Translations under genes and position numbers: made by a program
The notes under the pieces: model-generated
Seen by the model: only the letters and a program-made list of their open reading frames with translations
Database searches by the model: none
Told to the model about the DNA's origin: nothing
Part shown: piece after piece, positions 51,942-58,461 of the stretch
Position numbering within the stretch: the first letter of the stretch is position 1
Layout of the letters: each line of letters starts with the position of its first letter
DNA from: Octopus bimaculoides
Taxonomy: Eukaryota
Direction: 5' to 3'
Assembly (NCBI RefSeq): GCF_001194135.2
Contig: NC_068982.1
Location: 109,391,179-109,449,639, forward strand
Length of the DNA: 58,461 bases

Positions 51942-53166
51942 AGGTGTACGTATACCTATACACCTATACATATTTTTGTATACGTACACATACACTCACG
52001 TGTATATATATCGCATACACCTCCCCGCCATATATATATACATATGCAGACATATGTATAACGATTAATTATAGATTTCTTAGATGTATGAAAAGGCTTT
52101 CATATACAAGCACAACGCCACATATATAGAGACGGTCAACCCTCAATGTAAGTGGTGCTTAGTCCCAAATCATATGTAATGGCACGTAAACAACTTGGAC
52201 CATATTTTCTGATACTCTGGTGATTCTGCCATCACCCACCTTTACTTTTATTCATACGTGCATGCATAGTAATAATTATACGCACATATATATCAGGATC
52301 GACTTCCCCATCTTCTACATCCGCAGATACAGAAACATTATCCTCTAGAACATTTTCACGTAAAACTACCATTTAACATATACATTCCAAAATAATTCAC
52401 ACATAGATATAGACACACATATTGTCTAGTCAATATAACTGACACTTTTACTGATTAAACGACTCAAGTTTCAAGAAAACAGGGAAAAAAAAGCCCAACT
52501 AAATAAACAAAACAAATAACAAAAAAAAAAGCCGAACAAAGAAACCAAATGACAAAGTATCAATGACTTCAGTCACCACCTTGCCAACTATAACATCAAT
52601 AACAACAGCAACCACATTGACATTAATAACAACGCCCAAACGAATAATCAGCCTTTGATTACAAAAAGCTAATTCGCTATTCATATATATATATATATAT
52701 CTGGCATTGGATGAGCAGGAGAGGGATATTGAGAGAAGCAGAGGAGGTAAGTGAAATAGAAAGAGAAACCAAAGTCAGATACTAAAAGAGAGAGAGAGAG
52801 CGAGAAGGGGAGGGGCAAAAAAAAGAGGGGAAGGAAGAAAGACAGAAGCGAAAAGAGTGAGTGAGAAGGAAAGACGGGAATCATTTTTGGCTCCTCACTG
52901 TCTTGTCACCCGGTTCAATTATGACGAGTAACAATAGCCTCGACACAGTTGAGAGCAGCTTTTGTGAAGCAATACGTCTATGTATGTACCGCCTGTCATA
53001 TTGCTCTATATGAACTGATCGTTCCAACTCATCTTTAGCATTGAATTCGCCTCTTATATAATTAGTTATTTTCACAGCGAAAACATATACAGATTTGTTA
53101 CTGATACTATACTTGGACAGATTAGAAACAATTATTATGAAATAATTATTATTGATTCTTAGGTAG

Positions 53167-53223
53167 GGGATTCTTTGCAGGGGAAGTGAAATATGATTCT
53201 TTGTAGGGGAAGTGAAATATGAT
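53167..53223. repeat. ~28-bp tandem duplication (gattctttg.aggggaagtgaaatat)
   Basis: Two copies are visible. Confidence 0.85.
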
Positions 53224-53800
53224 TGTGTGAGATTGTGAGACGGACATGTTAAATTTTAAATGAACAATGTTTGACTCAATTCAATCTTCCTGATATTGAA
53301 ACACATGGAGAACAATGCAAATATTTTGACCAATCAACTGGATTTAAATAAGTGAATAGATTTTTGGAATGACTTGTGCCGCGACCTCTGGATTTTCAAC
53401 AACGACATTGAATATATACATGACAGAAATAATGTTACTCATAAATGTAAGATTGGTGTTTAATTTTTCAATCACTGAGGTTTAACATCATAAGATATCT
53501 AAGGCTTGTTCCTCTATTCTTGGGGTCCTCTTTCTTGTCATTTGATGATAATGAAGATAGAAGTGATATTGGAGGTGATGCTGATAATTTGATAACAACG
53601 AGTGAAAAACAACGGCAACAATTGCATCAACACTGGTAATAAATACAACAAAATATACTTAAAGCAGATGAAATAAAGAAAACGATAATTGAAATCACGA
53701 AATACTTGGCAATACGAGGTCAAACAATAGTTAATGCAGAATGAAATATATTTATAAGGAAAAGTGCTTGCTCAAAACTTCATCTTTCATCTTTTATGTG

Positions 53801-54160
53801 TTTTAGTCATTAGACTGCGGCTATGCTGAGACACCACGTTAAAGAATTTGATGAGTCGAACGAATCCCCCTTAGTCATTATTTCTTTTTCAATTCCTGGT
53901 ACTTATTCTATCGATCCCTTTTGCTGAGGGCATAGGCACACCAACACCGGTTGTCAAGCGGTGACGGGGTACAAACAGACTCAAATACATACGTAGGACG
54001 GGCGTCTTTCATTTTCAGTCTACCAAATCCGTTCACAAGGCTTTGGTCGGCCCGCGGCTATGGTAGAAGACATTTTCCCAAGTTGCCATGCAGTGAGACT
54101 AGACCTGGAACCTTGTGGTTGGGAAGGAAACTTCTTGCTACACTGTCACAACTACACCTG
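53801..54160 (-). mobile_element. CORE-type tRNA SINE (family 2)
   Basis: Homologous to the other family-2 copies. Confidence 0.86.
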
Positions 54161-55362
54161 TGTATGTCTTCTTTTTGCTCATCATCAAAGTCTACTTTCT
54201 ACTTTATCTGATCTATCGTTTACTGATTTTGGTCATTTTAATTACAGTCACTCCTAATTCATATTTGTAAACTGTGATAGCATCGTAAATTATAGAATAC
54301 AGATGTGGAGACGTGCTATAACCATTTGATAATCGGTAAAATGTAATATTAACCTTATTTCAAGGTGGCACAATGATTTAGATTTTATACGAGAGGAAGA
54401 TTTGCTGTTCTGATGTTTATAACTTTGCCATAGCATAATAGAGCAAAAATCTTTTTCTATGTGTTCGTATAGTTATACCTTTCTTTTTAAAATTTCTTTT
54501 ACTTAATTCTCTAAAAAAAAGGGAGTGGCTTCTAGCTAGAAATAAATTTTCATCTTATAATTTTTTATATTTATTTCTACAAAACGCTTAGTAATAAACT
54601 ATTACATAAACACTTCGTGGCATTAATAACATAACCAAGTGCGTCTCTGATTATGGGCACCAATCTAAATTTATAATCTGGATAAAGTAGTCGTAGATTT
54701 TGAAGCATTTGTGTATAAATCTTCCTTTACTCACCTAGAAATGCAATGGAATGATCACGACCATTGGACCCGTAACGTTATAGTATGCTTGCATTTAGTG
54801 TATATTATACTTTTATACTTGCATTCATAGAAATGTTCCAGCGATAATTTTTGAACTGTAAGCATCAATAATAATTCTTATATCTCTCCTAAACCAGTTT
54901 TTATCCATGAATGACATTGTATATTGCTTTAAGCTGTCATATCGCTTAAGGCGGTGGTATCTTGAGGACTTGTTTAGGTAATTGCTAGCCACATGCGTAA
55001 TGATTTCTACAGTATGTGATATGACCAATATTTTTGTCTTCGGCTTGGTGTTGTCTCTTGTTTGACACATATTTAGTACCTATCTCTTGATCTTGGATTG
55101 CACAAACACACCCTCAGAATATCACGTGATGTAACGTTCACGGGTCAGGGAGAGGCTACACTTCCCATCGATGTACGCGTCATTCTCATGTTTCAGGGAT
55201 ACATACCCACGCATAATTTCTCGCTGGTATGTAAAGTGCTCCTTCTTCATATCTATGTTTGTGTAAGAGTATACATACATACACACATACGGGCGTGCAT
55301 ACATACATGCATACAAATATATATGTGTATATTTATGTGTATACATATATGTATATAGATAC

Positions 55363-55404
<42 letters not shown>

Positions 55405-55866
55405 NNNNNNNNNNNNNNNNNNNNNNNNNNNNNNNNNNNNNNNNNNNNNNNNNNNNNNNNNNNNNNNNNNNNNNNNNNNNNNNNNNNNNNNNNNNNNNNN
55501 NNNNNNNNNNNNNNNNNNNNNNNNNNNNNNNNNNNNNNNNNNNNNNNNNNNNNNNNNNNNNNNNNNNNNNNNNNNNNNNNNNNNNNNNNNNNNNNNNNNN
55601 NNNNNNNNNNNNNNNNNNNNNNNNNNNNNNNNNNNNNNNNNNNNNNNNNNNNNNNNNNNNNNNNNNNNNNNNNNNNNNNNNNNNNNNNNNNNNNNNNNNN
55701 NNNNNNNNNNNNNNNNNNNNNNNNNNNNNNNNNNNNNNNNNNNNNNNNNNNNNNNNNNNNNNNNNNNNNNNNNNNNNNNNNNNNNNNNNNNNNNNNNNNN
55801 NNNNNNNNNNNNNNNNNNNNNNNNNNNNNNNNNNNNNNNNNNNNNNNNNNNNNNNNNNNNNNNNNN

Positions 55867-55930
<64 letters not shown>

Positions 55931-56778
55931 TAGAGAGAAGTACATTCACACATACATACAAACATGTACAATTCAACCTGCATATATACGTAAATATAGG
56001 TATCTGTATTTGTGGGTCACACATTTCAAATGACTGCGCATTTTAGAAACCAAAAATATACCTACGCAGAGAAGTAGAATACGAGAAAGTAACCCCATTG
56101 ATTCATAGCTAGAATTATGTTGCCTTCTTGAGACTCCAGGAAAGATTTTAGCATTAGAGGTTAACATGTAGTATATCAGAGTTACATGTTGCTAAGGACA
56201 GTGAATGTGCAAGTAGTCTCTTGTTTATAGTTTTATAAAAAGAACTACTGAAAGGCTATAACAGAATATGAATTGGTGATCATCAGTCTGCTGGTGAGCA
56301 TCTATATACTTAGACATCTTTAACTGTTGATAATAATCTAATGTTCAGTTTCCGCAGTTTCTATTGGATATCGCACACAGATTTCCCATGACGGGAAAAA
56401 ACCAGTGCAGCGTCTATATTACAAGTGTTTCAGGAAATATATGATTTACTGTGGAGACATGACTTAACATTAATTGGTATTGCGATCGGTATCTCCACAA
56501 TTTACAACAGAAGTTCTATGTGTGTATATACATGCACACACAAACACACACAAAAACACACACACATGCACGCACACATATATACATATATTTATGTATC
56601 TACGCATGTATATATATGCATGTGTGTGTATTCACGTATTTGTGTATGCGTGTGTGTATTTACGCAACATCGTCGGCGTATGTATGAATGTATGTATGTA
56701 TGTATATAAATTCGGGCCTTGTGCCTAGAGTAGAAAAGAATATATTATATTATGCTACACACACTTACAAACATCTTT

Positions 56779-57167
56779 TGCTTGTTTCGGTCATTAGACT
56801 GAGGCCATGTTGGGGCTCCGCCTTGAAGGAGTCGACTCCAACACATGTTTTAAATCCTAGTACGTACTCTGTCGGTCGCTTTTGCAGAACCGCTAGATTA
56901 CGGGGACGTACACAAACCAACACCAGTTGTCAAGCAGTGTAGTTAGGGACAAAGACATGTACGCAGGCGCGCGTGTAGACACACATACTCACACAGACAT
57001 ACACACATATGTACAAAGAACTTCTTTCAGTTTCCGTCTTCTGCTCACAAGCCTTTGGTCGGCCCGCAGCTATAGTAGCAAGCTACATCCACAAGGTGTT
57101 ACGCAGTGGGTTGAACTAGAAACTATGAGGTTGGGAAGCAATCACTTCTTTCTATAGAGCTCCGCCT
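56779..57167 (-). mobile_element. CORE-type tRNA SINE (family 2)
   Basis: Homologous to the other family-2 copies. Confidence 0.86.
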
Positions 57168-57512
57168 TCGACTTGTATGCATATATATCGCCTGCGCCTA
57201 TACACACATACATACATACATATTGTCTTTCCTATTTTTCATACTTCTTGCACTGCAAGGCTATACCCTTCTTCAGATGTCGACTATAGATCACAACGAT
57301 TTCGGCATCTTCTAGTACTATTGTTCACCCTAGCCAATTAGCATTAACACTGCCAAGTTATGATTGCCTTAGATATGATCCCTCCCAAAATGCAACTATT
57401 TTGTTTGGTCTTACTTTCATGTAAATTAAGGTTATGCACGATGAAACATTTTCTTCCTTAGTTACCTTTTATCTATCTTTCTCTCCTTCTTTTGTCGCCA
57501 TACATATATACA

Positions 57513-57598
<86 letters not shown>

Positions 57599-57782
57599 GT
57601 ATCTTTGAGACGTCGATACATGATCACATTGATAGAGATATACAGAGAGTTTGGAACTGAGATGATTTGTTCAGAAAATAAGGAATCGAAGATTTTAATT
57701 AATGAAGGAAATACCTTTATCAAACCATTTTCCCGTATTAGTCATTTTCACTTCTTGTTTTAACATTCTTTACATATACACA

Positions 57783-57830
<48 letters not shown>

Positions 57831-57856
57831 CACACACACACACACACATTCATACA

Positions 57857-57890
<34 letters not shown>

Positions 57891-58100
57891 AATACATACA
57901 TACATAAATACGTAATATATATATTTAATATCATCTCCTTAAAGTTTGATTCACAAAGCTCCTCTACAGGTGTCGGTTACCATATGTTATTATACAGCAG
58001 GAATTCTCCTTTTCCTAGATATACATGTGGAAATCTGTTAATATTTGAAGAATTCATACAAAAAAAGTTATAGTACAAGATTGAATGAACAGGCTTTTAT

Positions 58101-58366
58101 CCAAATCACTATAATTGCTTCTGAGCATCTGTATCAGCTGGTAATTGTTCAGTGTTTCAGATACTTTTCACATTATTTCATTGATATGATCCACGAGTAG
58201 CTACGTATCTACAAGTCTTCAGGTGAGTGGGTTCGAGAGCACCTCTCTGAAGACTTGCAGATACACAGCTATTGTTGGATCACATCAATGCAATAATGTG
58301 TATATGTGAAACACGTATCAATTACCAGCTGATACTAATACCCAGAAAGAATTGCAGTGATTTCGG
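58101..58366. mobile_element. Long foldback MITE (~115-bp arms)
   Basis: gtatcagctggtaattg / caattaccagctgatac; cacattatttcattgatatgatcca / tggatcacatcaatgcaataatgtg; caagtcttcag / ctgaagacttg. Confidence 0.88.
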
Positions 58367-58461
58367 TTAAAGTCTGTTCATGCCACCTTCTTGTACAATA
58401 ATTATACATATATATATATGTGTGTATATATATATAGATATATATATATATATATATATAT

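Noticed and set aside
52881-53075. 64-aa minus-strand ORF (GEFNAKDELERSVHIEQYDRR...)
   Set aside because: Chance-length ORF with no convincing splice sites or recognisable homology.
53535-53640. Acidic D/N-rich open stretch
   Set aside because: It looks like a decayed (GAT)n/(CAA)n microsatellite.

Overview
This is AT-rich, microsatellite-dense eukaryotic DNA with many N gaps. It is almost certainly octopus (coleoid cephalopod), judged by SINE families I recognise from memory; I ran no database search. It looks intronic or intergenic, and I cannot identify any conserved protein-coding host gene. Almost all long ORFs in the track come from microsatellites, N gaps or decayed transposons. Mobile elements: at least three mariner families, two Tc1 families, one non-autonomous Helitron, several foldback MITEs, LINE fragments (R4/Dong-like RLE, CR1, RTE, possibly L2) and four tRNA-derived SINE families. 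Leads worth following: (1) two copies of a ~150-bp Penelope-like repeat whose minus strand folds as a minimal type I hammerhead ribozyme with an atypical CUGUNGA core; (2) an R4/Dong-like LINE that appears to have inserted into a (TACA)n microsatellite; (3) a 35-bp-stem pre-miRNA-like hairpin; (4) a pair of phase-compatible minus-strand candidate exons at 7.1-7.5 kb that overlap an antisense prepropeptide-like ORF. All exon calls are tentative because splice-site hexamers are common by chance at this AT content.
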